Below, piece after piece: positions 46,648 to 56,448 of a stretch of DNA of 64,000 bases. Position numbers and translations under genes: made by a program. The DNA is from Bdellovibrio sp. (GTDB lineage Bacteria; Bdellovibrionota; Bdellovibrionia; Bdellovibrionales; Bdellovibrionaceae), in the NCBI GenBank assembly GCA_036676395.1, contig JAKFCY010000002.1, forward strand, positions 352,001 to 416,000. Reading direction: 5' to 3'. The stretch's first letter is position 1, and each line of letters starts with the position of its first letter. The notes beneath the pieces are model-generated. The model had not been told where the DNA came from and searched no databases. It saw only the letters and a program-made list of their open reading frames with translations.

Positions 46648-47199
46648 ATGAATCAAAAAATGAAAAAATCACTTACAACACTAACTGCTGCTTTAGTTTT
46701 AGCGTCAATGGTAACGGGCTGTTCTTTATTCAGAAAAAAAAGTGGTGACGGTTCATCAGGCGATGGTTCAAACATTCGCAGTGAAACTACAGCTTCTGGA
46801 TCTTCTGAAACGTTAGATAACTCACCAATCAATTTAGGTGCAACGGGCTCTGACAGCGGATCTATCGAGGGTTTGAAAACTATTTTCTTTCCTTACGATT
46901 CTTCAACTTTATCAGAAACTGAATCAGCTAAATTAATGGGTAACATTGAGTGGATGAAGAAAAACCCTAATTCTAAATTAACTATTGAAGGTCACTGTGA
47001 CCAACGTGGTTCGGCTGAATACAACTTAGCATTAGGTGAGCGTCGTGCAAATGCAGTTCGCCAAGTGTTTGTTTCTAACGGCATTGCTGGTAACCGCGTA
47101 ACTACAGTTAGCTTTGGTAAAGAAAAATTATTAGCTAACGGTGATTCTGATGAAGCGATGGCTAAAAATCGTCGTGCTAACTTTGTTCCGGTACAATAA
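46648..47199 (+). CDS. pal: Peptidoglycan-associated lipoprotein (OmpA-like domain)
   Basis: VTGC lipobox; IEGHCDQRGSAEYNLALGERRA, SFGKEK, NRRA. Confidence 0.93.
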   Translation: MNQKMKKSLTTLTAALVLASMVTGCSLFRKKSGDGSSGDGSNIRSETTASGSSETLDNSPINLGATGSDSGSIEGLKTIFFPYDSSTLSETESAKLMGNIEWMKKNPNSKLTIEGHCDQRGSAEYNLALGERRANAVRQVFVSNGIAGNRVTTVSFGKEKLLANGDSDEAMAKNRRANFVPVQ

Positions 47200-47504
47200 T
47201 GATTAGAGTTCTATTAGCGACTTTGTATTTTTGTTTTGTTGTGGGGTGTGTGACAATACCCCCTCCAAATGAAGAGTACACTCTTGCTAAGACTGCGATT
47301 GAAGCAGCAAAGGCCGTGCAAGCGGCCCGCTATTCGCCAGGTTTTTGGCACCAGGCCGAAGAATTCTACCGCCAAGCTAAGATTCTTTATAATGAGCGCG
47401 AGTACGAAGAAGCCAAATATTTATTTTTAAGCGCAAAAAATTCTGCTGAAAAAGCAGAAAACTCGGCGCGCTTATTACGCCAAAAAAGTGGGGATGTTTT
47501 ATGA
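47199..47504 (+). CDS. Small Ala-rich lipoprotein (DUF4398-like)
   Basis: VVGC lipobox; A..AI..A....A..Y.P..W..A pattern. Confidence 0.7.
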   Translation: MIRVLLATLYFCFVVGCVTIPPPNEEYTLAKTAIEAAKAVQAARYSPGFWHQAEEFYRQAKILYNEREYEEAKYLFLSAKNSAEKAENSARLLRQKSGDVL

Positions 47505-48226
47505 ATAAAGTTAATTTAGTACTTTCAGTTATGGCGGTTTTGTTTTTAAGTTCATGTTTAAAAACTCGCTCTGAATTAGGTGAAGGCTATCAATCTCAAG
47601 TTTATTCAAAAAAACAAGCCGACAATCAAAAACACGCGGCGAATGAACCTTCTGAAGTTGTTAAAGTTGATGAAAAAGACGAATTAATCCGTACTTTGAA
47701 TGGTCGTGTTGAATCTTTAGAAAATCAAATTTCACAAATTCAAAAAGCTAACCAAGAAAATCCAGACGCACAAAAAATCCAGTTACTGCAAGAATCTCTG
47801 GTGAAAATGGAAGCCCAATTAGCAAAACTTGAAACTGAAGCTGCGTTAGCTAAAACAGTTACTCCGCAAGCCGCTCATGCAAATACGCCGGCCGCAAATT
47901 CTTCAGATGCTAAAGTTCCTCCGGTTAAGGGCGGACCACAAACTAATGGTAAAAATGCAGCCTTTGAAGTGGCTCAGGATTTTTTCGCGAAAAAAGATTT
48001 TAAAAACGCGATCTTAGAATATCAAAAATTTGTAGATGCGAATGCTAAATCAAAAAACAAATTAGTACCTGAGGCGAAATACAAAATCGGACTATGCTTT
48101 GAAGCGATGGGCTTAAAAGATGAAGCTCAGTCTTTTTACGAAGAAGTAGCTGCACAACACGGCGCTACTGAATTTGGCAAAAAAGCCAAAGCCAAAGTTA
48201 CTAAAGTGACTAAAACAAAAAAATAA
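47501..48226 (+). CDS. cpoB: CpoB/YbgF-like TPR lipoprotein
   Basis: LSSC lipobox, coiled coil, C-terminal TPRs; follows pal. Confidence 0.75.
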   Translation: MNKVNLVLSVMAVLFLSSCLKTRSELGEGYQSQVYSKKQADNQKHAANEPSEVVKVDEKDELIRTLNGRVESLENQISQIQKANQENPDAQKIQLLQESLVKMEAQLAKLETEAALAKTVTPQAAHANTPAANSSDAKVPPVKGGPQTNGKNAAFEVAQDFFAKKDFKNAILEYQKFVDANAKSKNKLVPEAKYKIGLCFEAMGLKDEAQSFYEEVAAQHGATEFGKKAKAKVTKVTKTKK

Positions 48227-48241
48227 GAAATAAGGCTGTTG

Positions 48242-49297
48242 ATGTTTCGACAAATTTTATCAGTTGAAACCAGTTGTGACGACACATCAGTAGCTATCGT
48301 GAATGCTGAGGGCTTTGTTTTAGGCCAATGTTCAGCAAGTCAGGATTTACAACATGCTCCGTTCGGTGGGGTTGTGCCCGAAGTGGCCAGCCGCAACCAC
48401 ACGATCGCGCTTCTTCCACTGATCGAAGAAACTTTGAACAAAGCTAATATGACAATGAATGATTTAGATGGCTATACGGTAACAAATCGCCCGGGCCTGA
48501 TTGGATCATTGATTGTTGGATTAATGACCGTCAAAGCTTTATCACAAGCGCATAACAAGCCTTTCATTGGTGTTAATCATCTTGAAGGTCATTTGCTTGC
48601 GCCATTTTTAAAAGATAATGAATATGCACCTCCTGCAGATTTTAACTACCCGTATATCGCGCTTGCGGTAAGTGGTGGGCATAGTTCTTTGTATTGGGTA
48701 GAAGCTTTTAATAAATACACTATCATCGGAACCACAAAAGACGATGCTGCCGGCGAAGCGTTTGATAAATTCGCGAAAATGTTAGGTCTGCCATTTCCGG
48801 GTGGAGTAAATGTCGATCGTTTAGCAAAAACGGGTGATCGTAAAAAATATGATTTTCCGCGTGGTTTATTGCATGAAAAAAGTTTGATGATGAGTTTTAG
48901 CGGCTTAAAGTCTGCAGCTCACAGGCTTTTAACAAAAATGTCTGCTGATGAAATGAAAGCTGAAGCTCCAGATTTATGTGCTTCATTTCAAGAAGCTGTG
49001 GTTGAAACGTTAATTGCAAAAATGACGTTAGCCGCAGCTTTATTTAAAACTAAAAAAATCGTGATTACGGGCGGAGTGAGTGCCAACTCACGCCTACGTG
49101 AAAAAGCTAACGAGATGACGGCTAAAGGCTATCAAATCGTCATCCCGCCGATTCGTTATTGTACTGATAATGCAGCGATGATTGGTTATGCCGGAATTTT
49201 ACGTTTGAATGCCGGTGAACGTTCAAGCTTAGATCAGGGACCAGCATCAAGTTCTTATGAAAATGATTTTACTGTGAAATTGCGAGAACAAATATGA
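48242..49297 (+). CDS. tsaD: tRNA N6-threonylcarbamoyltransferase
   Basis: ETSCDDT, GGVVPE.ASR.H, HLEGH, SGGH, DDAAGEAFDK, DNAAMI. Confidence 0.97.
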   Translation: MFRQILSVETSCDDTSVAIVNAEGFVLGQCSASQDLQHAPFGGVVPEVASRNHTIALLPLIEETLNKANMTMNDLDGYTVTNRPGLIGSLIVGLMTVKALSQAHNKPFIGVNHLEGHLLAPFLKDNEYAPPADFNYPYIALAVSGGHSSLYWVEAFNKYTIIGTTKDDAAGEAFDKFAKMLGLPFPGGVNVDRLAKTGDRKKYDFPRGLLHEKSLMMSFSGLKSAAHRLLTKMSADEMKAEAPDLCASFQEAVVETLIAKMTLAAALFKTKKIVITGGVSANSRLREKANEMTAKGYQIVIPPIRYCTDNAAMIGYAGILRLNAGERSSLDQGPASSSYENDFTVKLREQI

Positions 49298-50097
49298 GTC
49301 TTCCATTAGCTAAAGACCGCTTACAAAAACGTATGCAAGAGCTTTCGCATTACACGAAAAAAGCCTTAGGCCAGAACTTTTTAGTTTCAGATGTAGTCAT
49401 TGGTCGAATCATTCAAGCTGTTGAAGATGAAAAACCAGAAAAGTTATTAGAGATCGGTCCGGGGCTTGGTGCTTTGACAGATTTATTGATTGAAAAATTT
49501 GGTCGTTATCAACTGATCGAACTTGATTCTAGTTTAGTAAAATTTTGGCTAAGCCAAGACATGCCAGTCATTGAAGCCGATGCGCTTCAAGTTGACTGGA
49601 GTAAAATTGATTACGATGTTTTAGTTAGTAATCTTCCGTATCAAATTTCTTCATCAATCGTGATTGATCGTTGTATCGACAGTAATCCTCCACGCGCGAT
49701 GATTTTGATGTTTCAAAAAGAAGTTGCGCAAAGAATTCGTGCGCGTCACAACACCGATGAGTACGGCTTATTAACTGTGATTGCCCAGGAATTTTGGGAC
49801 ATCAGCACGGTTTCTGAAGCTGGGCCTAGGGATTTTAATCCCGCTCCAAAGGTTGCAAGCCGCGTTTTAAAGTTTAAACGCAAAGAAAGTCCGGTTACTG
49901 ATAAAAAAGGCTATTTGAGTTTTGTTAAAACTTGCTTTAAACAGCGTCGTCGCATATTAAAATCTAGTCTTGAATCCGCGATGCATGCTCCTTTTTTGGC
50001 TTGGGTTGAAAAGCAAAAGCTTTCAGAAAAAGTGCGCACCGAAGAATTAAGTATCGTTCAGATTCGTGATTTGTATTTTCATCTTAAAGGGGGGTAG
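49294..50097 (+). CDS. rsmA: 16S rRNA m6,2A dimethyltransferase
   Basis: KKALGQNFL, EIGPGLGALT, SNLPYQISS, MFQKEVA, P.PKV.S. Confidence 0.96.
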   Translation: MSLPLAKDRLQKRMQELSHYTKKALGQNFLVSDVVIGRIIQAVEDEKPEKLLEIGPGLGALTDLLIEKFGRYQLIELDSSLVKFWLSQDMPVIEADALQVDWSKIDYDVLVSNLPYQISSSIVIDRCIDSNPPRAMILMFQKEVAQRIRARHNTDEYGLLTVIAQEFWDISTVSEAGPRDFNPAPKVASRVLKFKRKESPVTDKKGYLSFVKTCFKQRRRILKSSLESAMHAPFLAWVEKQKLSEKVRTEELSIVQIRDLYFHLKGG

Positions 50098-50101
50098 TGT
50101 T

Positions 50102-50554
50102 TTGAGTATTTTAATCATTCAAGAAAACAAACAAGCCCGCTTTGATTATTTTATCACAGATACTTATGAAGCCGGTCTTTCGTTAACGGGCAGTGAAGTT
50201 AAGTCACTACGTTTAAAAAATATTACTTTTAAAGATTCGTATATTTCATTTATTAAAGATGAAGCTTATTTACAGAATGCTCATATCTCTGAATACCGTG
50301 CAAGCTCGTACAATAACCATGTGCCCGAGCGCTTACGTAAATTGTTATTACACCGTGCTGAACTTGATAAAATTTTCGGAGCGATCCGCGAAAAAGGATT
50401 AACCTGTATCCCGCTTAAAATTTACTTTAAAGAGGGACGGGTTAAGCTTGAGATTGGTTTAGCTAAGGGTAAAAAAACGCATGATAAGCGCGAATCCATT
50501 AAGAAACGTGACGTTGACCAGCAGCTTCGTCAGGCGAAAGCTCGATCACGTTAG
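50102..50554 (+). CDS. smpB: SsrA-binding protein
   Basis: NKQARFDY, EAGL.L.G.EVKSLR, RKLLLH, KGKK.HDKR; TTG start inferred. Confidence 0.96.
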   Translation: MSILIIQENKQARFDYFITDTYEAGLSLTGSEVKSLRLKNITFKDSYISFIKDEAYLQNAHISEYRASSYNNHVPERLRKLLLHRAELDKIFGAIREKGLTCIPLKIYFKEGRVKLEIGLAKGKKTHDKRESIKKRDVDQQLRQAKARSR

Positions 50555-50888
50555 CGTATTCTAAAGCTTCACGGGTTAATACCCGCGAAAACAGCACGAA
50601 ATTCACAACTCCGGTCATAACAGTACAAACTCCAAATAACAAAACGATCCAATTGCGTTCTGATTCTAAATAAGTTCTTAAATTGTATGACAGAGGAATA
50701 TTATTTTCGAAAAAGCTGTAATTTTGCAAAGACCAATAAAGCAATGGAGATAGAACAATCGCCTGCAACGCTAGACCTATTAAAGCATATTTAAGCGTTG
50801 CCCCATGGCGGTGCTTTAAGCTTTGATGCTTTTCTAAAAAGAAGTTCCAGCGTGGTTTTCGTTTACCGAAATGAAGTCCTATCTGCAT
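50499..50888 (-). CDS. Hypothetical 2-TM membrane protein
   Basis: Two hydrophobic helices; convergent overlap with the smpB end. Confidence 0.6.
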   Translation of the reverse strand: MQIGLHFGKRKPRWNFFLEKHQSLKHRHGATLKYALIGLALQAIVLSPLLYWSLQNYSFFENNIPLSYNLRTYLESERNWIVLLFGVCTVMTGVVNFVLFSRVLTREALEYANVIELSPDEAAGQRHVS

Positions 50889-50948
50889 ACCTAACAGTTT
50901 AAATTAAAAGTGATTGTCTTCTAGTCCATGATTTATCAGAATTGATAT

Positions 50949-51614
50949 ATGAAACAATTACTTAACATTCTATTCCTTGGTTGTGTCATTTTGGGTTGCC
51001 AAATTAAAACAGAGCGCGGCGATGGTCCAGATGAAGCCTCGACTTTGAACGCAGAATCCAGTGCGCGCGATAAATTAAAAAAAGACCCACGCCAAGATGA
51101 ACGTTACAGTTTGGTTGAAGACCGCACTAAGTTTGACGAGTTACGCAAAGACATTCCGGTCGAAACTAAGATTCGTAATGACGAGCGGGCTTTGTACATG
51201 GAGTGGATGGCTGAATACCAACGCGATCCATCTGATATTCGCAGTAAGTTTTCAACGCTGGTGATGAAAAAGCGTGAAAACTTTAATAAAGACATGAATA
51301 AGATTCGTGATCAGTACAACAAAGAAGAGACTAAGAAAAAAGATGTCTTTAATAAGTCTTTGGCTGAAGAGCGTAATGAAATTAAAGATCAAAAAGTAAC
51401 TCGCGAGAAACGCACTGAAATGTATTCTGAAATTGATGGCAAAAGAAAAGATTTTTATGCTCAATTGCGTGAAGATCGTGATTCTTTTGAAACTGATTAC
51501 CGCCAGAAGCGTAAAGACTTTGAAGAATATATCAAAGAGAAGAGCGATGTTTTTTACGCTGAGTTAAAAGAATATACTGTTAAGTTTAATGAACTGAAAA
51601 AACAGAAGAAGTAA
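50949..51614 (+). CDS. Highly charged helical lipoprotein
   Basis: ILGC lipobox; K/E/R/D-rich coiled coil. Confidence 0.75.
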   Translation: MKQLLNILFLGCVILGCQIKTERGDGPDEASTLNAESSARDKLKKDPRQDERYSLVEDRTKFDELRKDIPVETKIRNDERALYMEWMAEYQRDPSDIRSKFSTLVMKKRENFNKDMNKIRDQYNKEETKKKDVFNKSLAEERNEIKDQKVTREKRTEMYSEIDGKRKDFYAQLREDRDSFETDYRQKRKDFEEYIKEKSDVFYAELKEYTVKFNELKKQKK

Positions 51615-52289
51615 TTAAGCTTCTTCTGCGTCTTTGCCGCGCGCGATACGATCAACCTGAATTAGAGTTTGATGTAACGTAGATAACAATGCTGGCTCGA
51701 TGAAGCCAAATTTAATACCGACGACTTGTGTGTTGATCTCTTGGTAGAATTTAGTAAACGCTACAGTCGCATCCACTGTTACTCCGCCAAATTCTAATAA
51801 CTGCACCCAGATACGAATATCTGATTCAATCGGCAGATCAATTTCACTCGTAGTTTTGATGCCGACTTTGCACCCGCCAAGGCTGATATCTTGTAATTCA
51901 TATTTAAATCGGGGATGGTCTAAGATTTTGAATTCGTGTGATAAGTTCATCGGCACTGAAAATCTGAAATTTGTACGACGTTGAATTTTATAAATCTTTT
52001 CTGGATATTTTACTAAATAGTAATTATCAGATGTCGTCATTTTGGCGCGAAAGAAATGTGGTTCACCGCCGCATGTGAAGGTACAAAAAATACTTGTCGT
52101 TTCGTAGTCGTAAGGAAATTTTTTAAAAATTGCAAGATCAGAACCATCAACTTTTACGAATGAGGACTTGGTGTGGATGTCATAAACTTTGAAAGTTACT
52201 TCAACGTTATTTTCAGTAATATAGCTAACGATATCTTTATGCGCCGAACTATCTAGCGGCGTAAAGTAGTTCACCATATTGTTTTCCAT
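51615..52289 (-). CDS. PilZ-domain c-di-GMP receptor (YcgR/flagellar brake-like)
   Basis: QRRTNFR (RxxxR) and DISLGG (D/NxSxxG). Confidence 0.85.
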   Translation of the reverse strand: MENNMVNYFTPLDSSAHKDIVSYITENNVEVTFKVYDIHTKSSFVKVDGSDLAIFKKFPYDYETTSIFCTFTCGGEPHFFRAKMTTSDNYYLVKYPEKIYKIQRRTNFRFSVPMNLSHEFKILDHPRFKYELQDISLGGCKVGIKTTSEIDLPIESDIRIWVQLLEFGGVTVDATVAFTKFYQEINTQVVGIKFGFIEPALLSTLHQTLIQVDRIARGKDAEEA

Positions 52290-53227
52290 TAGTTCTCCTG
52301 CTTAATCCAAGTCACTTCGTTCTTGTTGTGATAAAGTCTGACTACTTTAGAATCAGGTATTTTTAGAAATTTATCAATAATTTCGAAGTCGCAGTCACCT
52401 TTGAATTTGATGGTGCAGACAAAGTTTTTCACTCGACCATGGGCCAGCCAAAACTGAACTGTTTCGTAAATTTTTTCAGGGGTGCAGATTAAATCAGAGA
52501 AGAGCCAACTGCAGTCACTAAACTCATCCGGATCGATCTTAAATGCATCGCCTTTAACGTGGGCGATGTTCTTAATTTTTTTTACTTTCGGATCAAGATC
52601 TGCTCGGTCGAAAGTATAGACTTTTTCAAAGTGCTGACTCAAAACCCAACTCCAACCCCCGGGGGCTGCTCCGATTTCGATGGCGCAGTCTTCAGGTTTG
52701 ATTTTTAAATCCAATGTCGCAAAGACTTCCCAGAGTTTTAAGTAAGCCCTGTTGGGTGGAAAGTCTTTATCTTCGTCGAACTCATGCCAGCCGGCCGGGT
52801 AGTTTTTCAAAGGCGATAGTGAATAAATCACAACATCTTCGTATGTCGTCCAAATGTAATATTTAAAGTTAAATTTTTTCTTAACTGGAAACTTAATCCG
52901 TTTTTCAGGAATGCTTTTTAGGCGGCCAAACAAGCTTTCGATGGCTTTGTTTTTTTCAGTTTTATAGTGGTAAGCCAACAGAGGCAGTGCTTTAAGCTTT
53001 AGTTGTAGCTCTTTGTCAGGCAGAGCTGCATGGCAATCGCGCCAATGATCTTGTGCCCAAATAATGGTTTCATCAGTGGGTTCAATAATAAATAATTTTT
53101 CAGTTTTAATAAAAACTTTGATATTTTTAACCAAGAGCTCTTTTTCAAGCTCTTGGTTAAATTTAAGAAATGGAATTAGAACTTCAAAACTAAGCTGCGA
53201 CTTTTTGAGCTGGTGATAATAATCCAT
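52289..53227 (-). CDS. FtsJ-like rRNA 2'-O-methyltransferase (RlmM-like)
   Basis: PPNRAYLKLWE, EIGAAPGGW, SD, TIK, NE.T (K-D-K-E tetrad). Confidence 0.8.
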   Translation of the reverse strand: MDYYHQLKKSQLSFEVLIPFLKFNQELEKELLVKNIKVFIKTEKLFIIEPTDETIIWAQDHWRDCHAALPDKELQLKLKALPLLAYHYKTEKNKAIESLFGRLKSIPEKRIKFPVKKKFNFKYYIWTTYEDVVIYSLSPLKNYPAGWHEFDEDKDFPPNRAYLKLWEVFATLDLKIKPEDCAIEIGAAPGGWSWVLSQHFEKVYTFDRADLDPKVKKIKNIAHVKGDAFKIDPDEFSDCSWLFSDLICTPEKIYETVQFWLAHGRVKNFVCTIKFKGDCDFEIIDKFLKIPDSKVVRLYHNKNEVTWIKQEN

Positions 53228-53483
53228 GTTGATTTAATGCGTTTGTAGCAAGCTCCCAAAAGTTTTCTTTTAATACGATCTCTTTAGCATTGTATTTCAA
53301 TTTTGGAAAAGTTGCGGCATAAAAATGATTACAAAAATCATTTTCGTTCGTGCGGGCAAACTTCATTAGCATATTAAAGTGAACATCAGTGAAAGGGCCT
53401 GAAATTAACATTTTACGTAATGCACTCTCAGGGGTGTTAATTAAAAAACTGTGTAATAAACCGCCGTCGTAAATCATGCTCAT
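53190..53483 (-). CDS. Hypothetical protein
   Basis: AAGGAG SD; 97-aa ORF. Confidence 0.7.
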   Translation of the reverse strand: MSMIYDGGLLHSFLINTPESALRKMLISGPFTDVHFNMLMKFARTNENDFCNHFYAATFPKLKYNAKEIVLKENFWELATNALNQHGLLSPAQKVAA

Positions 53484-53512
53484 GGAAGATCTCCTTGTTA
53501 AATCTAGATAAG

Positions 53513-53540
53513 CTATCGGCCTAAAGTCCGGGTGAATTGA
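53513..53540 (-). promoter_or_regulatory. Putative sigma28 promoter
   Basis: TCAA-N16-GCCGATAG on the minus strand. Confidence 0.5.
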
Positions 53541-53720
53541 GTTATATTTTAAATTCAGTTTAATTGAGGCCTATCAAGCACTTAGACCGTCTCAAAAAGT
53601 GACAATACCCGTAACACCAGTGAACTTTCTTCATGAAACCTCCCTGTAAGAAACACAATTTTTGCCTCTGAAAGCGGCGGTGTTTTCCTTTAGGCCACGC
53701 TTGGTGTAAAAGCTTAGCCT

Positions 53721-55199
53721 ATGGCAACAGACAATCAAAATACCGGTGTTAATAACGAGGGCCTCGTTGGTCCGCATATCGAGATCGAAAACCGTTCACA
53801 GGAATTACACCGTGAACTGAGTTTAAGCGAAATCACGACTATTGCGCTTCGCAATTGGCCGCTATTTTTAGTTTTGTTCGTAGTCACGACAGCTGTTGGG
53901 CTTTCTTTCTACAAATGGAAAAACCCGTATATTGCTAAAACCACAATCATCATCAACGACAATCAAAATTCACAGTTACAGTCTTTCAGCATGGCTTTGG
54001 CGGGTAATGCTAAAACCAACGAAGCTAAAAAAGCCAATTCAATGGCGCAAAAAAATCTAGAGTATTTCAAAACGACAGATTTCTTACAAAAAGTTTTAAA
54101 CGCAGCTAATAACCCGCTTTTGAACACTGAATTAACTCTTTCAGAAAAAGCCGGGCAAAATATTTTCTTCAAACAGGTTTTGAATGATAAAACAGCTTTA
54201 ACTGAAGATGAAAAATTAAAAGCTTACCAAAAATTAGATAAAATGCTTTCAATCAAAGTTAAAAGCGATTTCGAAGTTGAGATCGCAGCAGCCAACGACC
54301 AACAAGAACTGGCTCTATATGTTTCAAATTTAACGACAAGCGTAGCTTTCGAGAGCTTAAAGCAAAGAGATGCTTTCGAGATTCAAGAAATCAACGATTA
54401 CGTGACTAAAGAAAAAACTGCAGTTGATCTTGAGCTGGCTGATTTAAATGCCAAAATGGCCAAATTCAGCGCAAGGCCTGAAAATTTAATCGCTACGACT
54501 TCTATTGATAGCATCGGGCAATATTTATCGACTTTGAAATTTCAAAAAAATGAAATCTCGATGAAGCTTGCTGAAAATAATAAATTAATCCAAACGCTAA
54601 GCTCTGGTATGGATCAGCGTCGTGAAAGCCAACTGTATGGCAACAACGGCCGTATTCAAGCATTAAAAATGGAGAACGAACAATTGCGTGCAAAGCTTGG
54701 TAATTTACAAGCTGCCTTTGATCGTACTTCAAGCGAAGCTAAAGGTATGCCTTACGCAGCGCAAATGTATGAAGAGTTAAAAAAACGTTCCGAGATGCAA
54801 TTAGAAAAATACAAAGCTCTATCAGCTGATATTTCTAAAGTTGAAGCGTTAAAGATTGCCGCTGCGAACAAATATGAAATCTTTGAAAAATCTCGCATCG
54901 ACAAAGTTGTGCCTGCGGTTTCAATGACGATCATTTTATTTTTATCAGTCCTTATTTCGCAAGTCTTAGGAAGTTTAATCATCTACTTACGCGCGATCTG
55001 GAATTCAAACATCGTAACAGCAGAATCAACTCGCAATGTTGTGGTGCTTGATAGCCATTCTTTAGATCCGCGTGTGATTATCGAAAATTCAAAAATCCGT
55101 TTCAGATTACGTCATTCGACCATCGAAGATGTCGATCAAGAAAATGGCCAGACTAAAAAGCTAGGTTTTAATTTTAAATCTAAAGATCAAAACGGGTAG
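53721..55199 (+). CDS. Wzz/GumC-like polysaccharide co-polymerase-type protein (no kinase domain)
   Basis: TM - periplasmic coiled coil - TM; LSLSEI...LRNW and PY.A...I.I N-terminal pattern. Confidence 0.6.
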   Translation: MATDNQNTGVNNEGLVGPHIEIENRSQELHRELSLSEITTIALRNWPLFLVLFVVTTAVGLSFYKWKNPYIAKTTIIINDNQNSQLQSFSMALAGNAKTNEAKKANSMAQKNLEYFKTTDFLQKVLNAANNPLLNTELTLSEKAGQNIFFKQVLNDKTALTEDEKLKAYQKLDKMLSIKVKSDFEVEIAAANDQQELALYVSNLTTSVAFESLKQRDAFEIQEINDYVTKEKTAVDLELADLNAKMAKFSARPENLIATTSIDSIGQYLSTLKFQKNEISMKLAENNKLIQTLSSGMDQRRESQLYGNNGRIQALKMENEQLRAKLGNLQAAFDRTSSEAKGMPYAAQMYEELKKRSEMQLEKYKALSADISKVEALKIAAANKYEIFEKSRIDKVVPAVSMTIILFLSVLISQVLGSLIIYLRAIWNSNIVTAESTRNVVVLDSHSLDPRVIIENSKIRFRLRHSTIEDVDQENGQTKKLGFNFKSKDQNG

Positions 55200-55211
55200 T
55201 CAAAAAATAAA

Positions 55212-55592
55212 ATGGCTTATGTAGATAAAGACCGCCCATCCACCTGGAAAAAATATGATAAAGACTTCTGCATTTCGTGCAGAGCTAACTGCTGTTGCAT
55301 GCCCGTAGAAGTTAAAGTCGATGATTTAATCCGCTTAGGTGTGACTGATATCGATGAGGTCACAAATTCAATTAAAAAAACTGCCAAGCGCCTTAAAAAA
55401 GAAGGCATCATCATGAGCTACCGTGAAGGCACCGAGTCCTTTATGTTGCAGCAAAAAGCCAATAGTGAATGTATCTTTATGGATTCAAAAACACGCTTCT
55501 GCACAGTGTATGAGAAGCGTCCTGAAACTTGCCGTGATTTCCCTGCTAAAATGGGAACGCGAGTTGGTTATTGTCCGGCTGAGAAAAAGTAA
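55212..55592 (+). CDS. YkgJ-family cysteine-cluster protein
   Basis: CISC..NCC, C.FM....C.VYE.RP..CR.FP. Confidence 0.85.
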   Translation: MAYVDKDRPSTWKKYDKDFCISCRANCCCMPVEVKVDDLIRLGVTDIDEVTNSIKKTAKRLKKEGIIMSYREGTESFMLQQKANSECIFMDSKTRFCTVYEKRPETCRDFPAKMGTRVGYCPAEKK

Positions 55593-55631
55593 ACGCGCGC
55601 CCGACGCCAATCGAAGCGCGCGCTGGGAAAA

Positions 55632-56273
55632 CTATTTTACGTATTCAATAAGGGCGTTGTGTGCATTTCGCACTTTCTTCATCGCTTGAAATCCATCTTC
55701 AACGTGACGATAGCCCAAAGCCACAGACACAACCGATTTCCAGCCCGTACCTTCAAGACCTAAGATTTTATCGTAGGCCTCGGGGTCAAAACCTTCCATC
55801 GGTGTGGCATCGACTTTCAACAAGGCTGCAGTTTCTAAGACGAATCCTAAAGCAATGTAAGTTTGGCGTTTAGCCCATTGACGTGTTTTTTCTTCTGGAG
55901 CTTTGACGATATTTTCAATCATCATATTTTTGTATCCATCTAAAGCTTCAAGCGGTGCGCCGCGAACTTCGGCAACACGCTCAACATATTTTTGAATGAA
56001 TTTTTCATCGACAGAGTCTTTAGCTAAAAAGACAACGTAGTGACTGGCCTCAGTGACTTGAGTTTGCCCCCAAGAGACCGGTTTTAGTTTTTCTCGGACT
56101 GCGGGGTTTTCGATCACTAGAAATTTCCAAGGCTGTAACCCGTACGAGGAAGGGGCGAGGGCTAAAGATTCGGTTAATGTTTTCCAGTCTTGTGCAGAGA
56201 TTTTTTTATTTGCGTCGAATTTTTTCGTAGCGTAGCGCCATTCTAAGGCTTCTTGGATCGTTGAGTGTTGCAT
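55632..56273 (-). CDS. NAD(P)H nitroreductase (NfsB-like)
   Basis: WRYATKKFD, APSSYGLQPW, PMEGFD, LGYR, K.R. Confidence 0.92.
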   Translation of the reverse strand: MQHSTIQEALEWRYATKKFDANKKISAQDWKTLTESLALAPSSYGLQPWKFLVIENPAVREKLKPVSWGQTQVTEASHYVVFLAKDSVDEKFIQKYVERVAEVRGAPLEALDGYKNMMIENIVKAPEEKTRQWAKRQTYIALGFVLETAALLKVDATPMEGFDPEAYDKILGLEGTGWKSVVSVALGYRHVEDGFQAMKKVRNAHNALIEYVK

Positions 56274-56300
56274 GTTTGAAACTCCTGTTAATATTTTAAA

Positions 56301-56361
56301 TGTAACTGTTATGGTTACAATATGAACTTGATTAGGTTTAAATGCAACAATAAAAGTTACA
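56301..56361. promoter_or_regulatory. Two palindromic operators, probably for the adjacent Rrf2 regulator
   Basis: TGTAAC-N7-GTTACA (56301-56319) and TGCAAC-N7-GTTACA (56343-56361). Confidence 0.7.
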
Positions 56362-56448
56362 TTATAGATTTTGCCCGTAAAAACGTCTTAAAACGCGTTA
56401 AATGTGCTTATTATTGTTTCTTTTTGAGTTATGGGTTATTCTTTTTAC

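Noticed and set aside
50499..50554. Convergent 3' overlaps (smpB with the membrane ORF; also 63181-63200)
   Set aside because: Short convergent overlaps are common in this compact genome; no further evidence of antisense function
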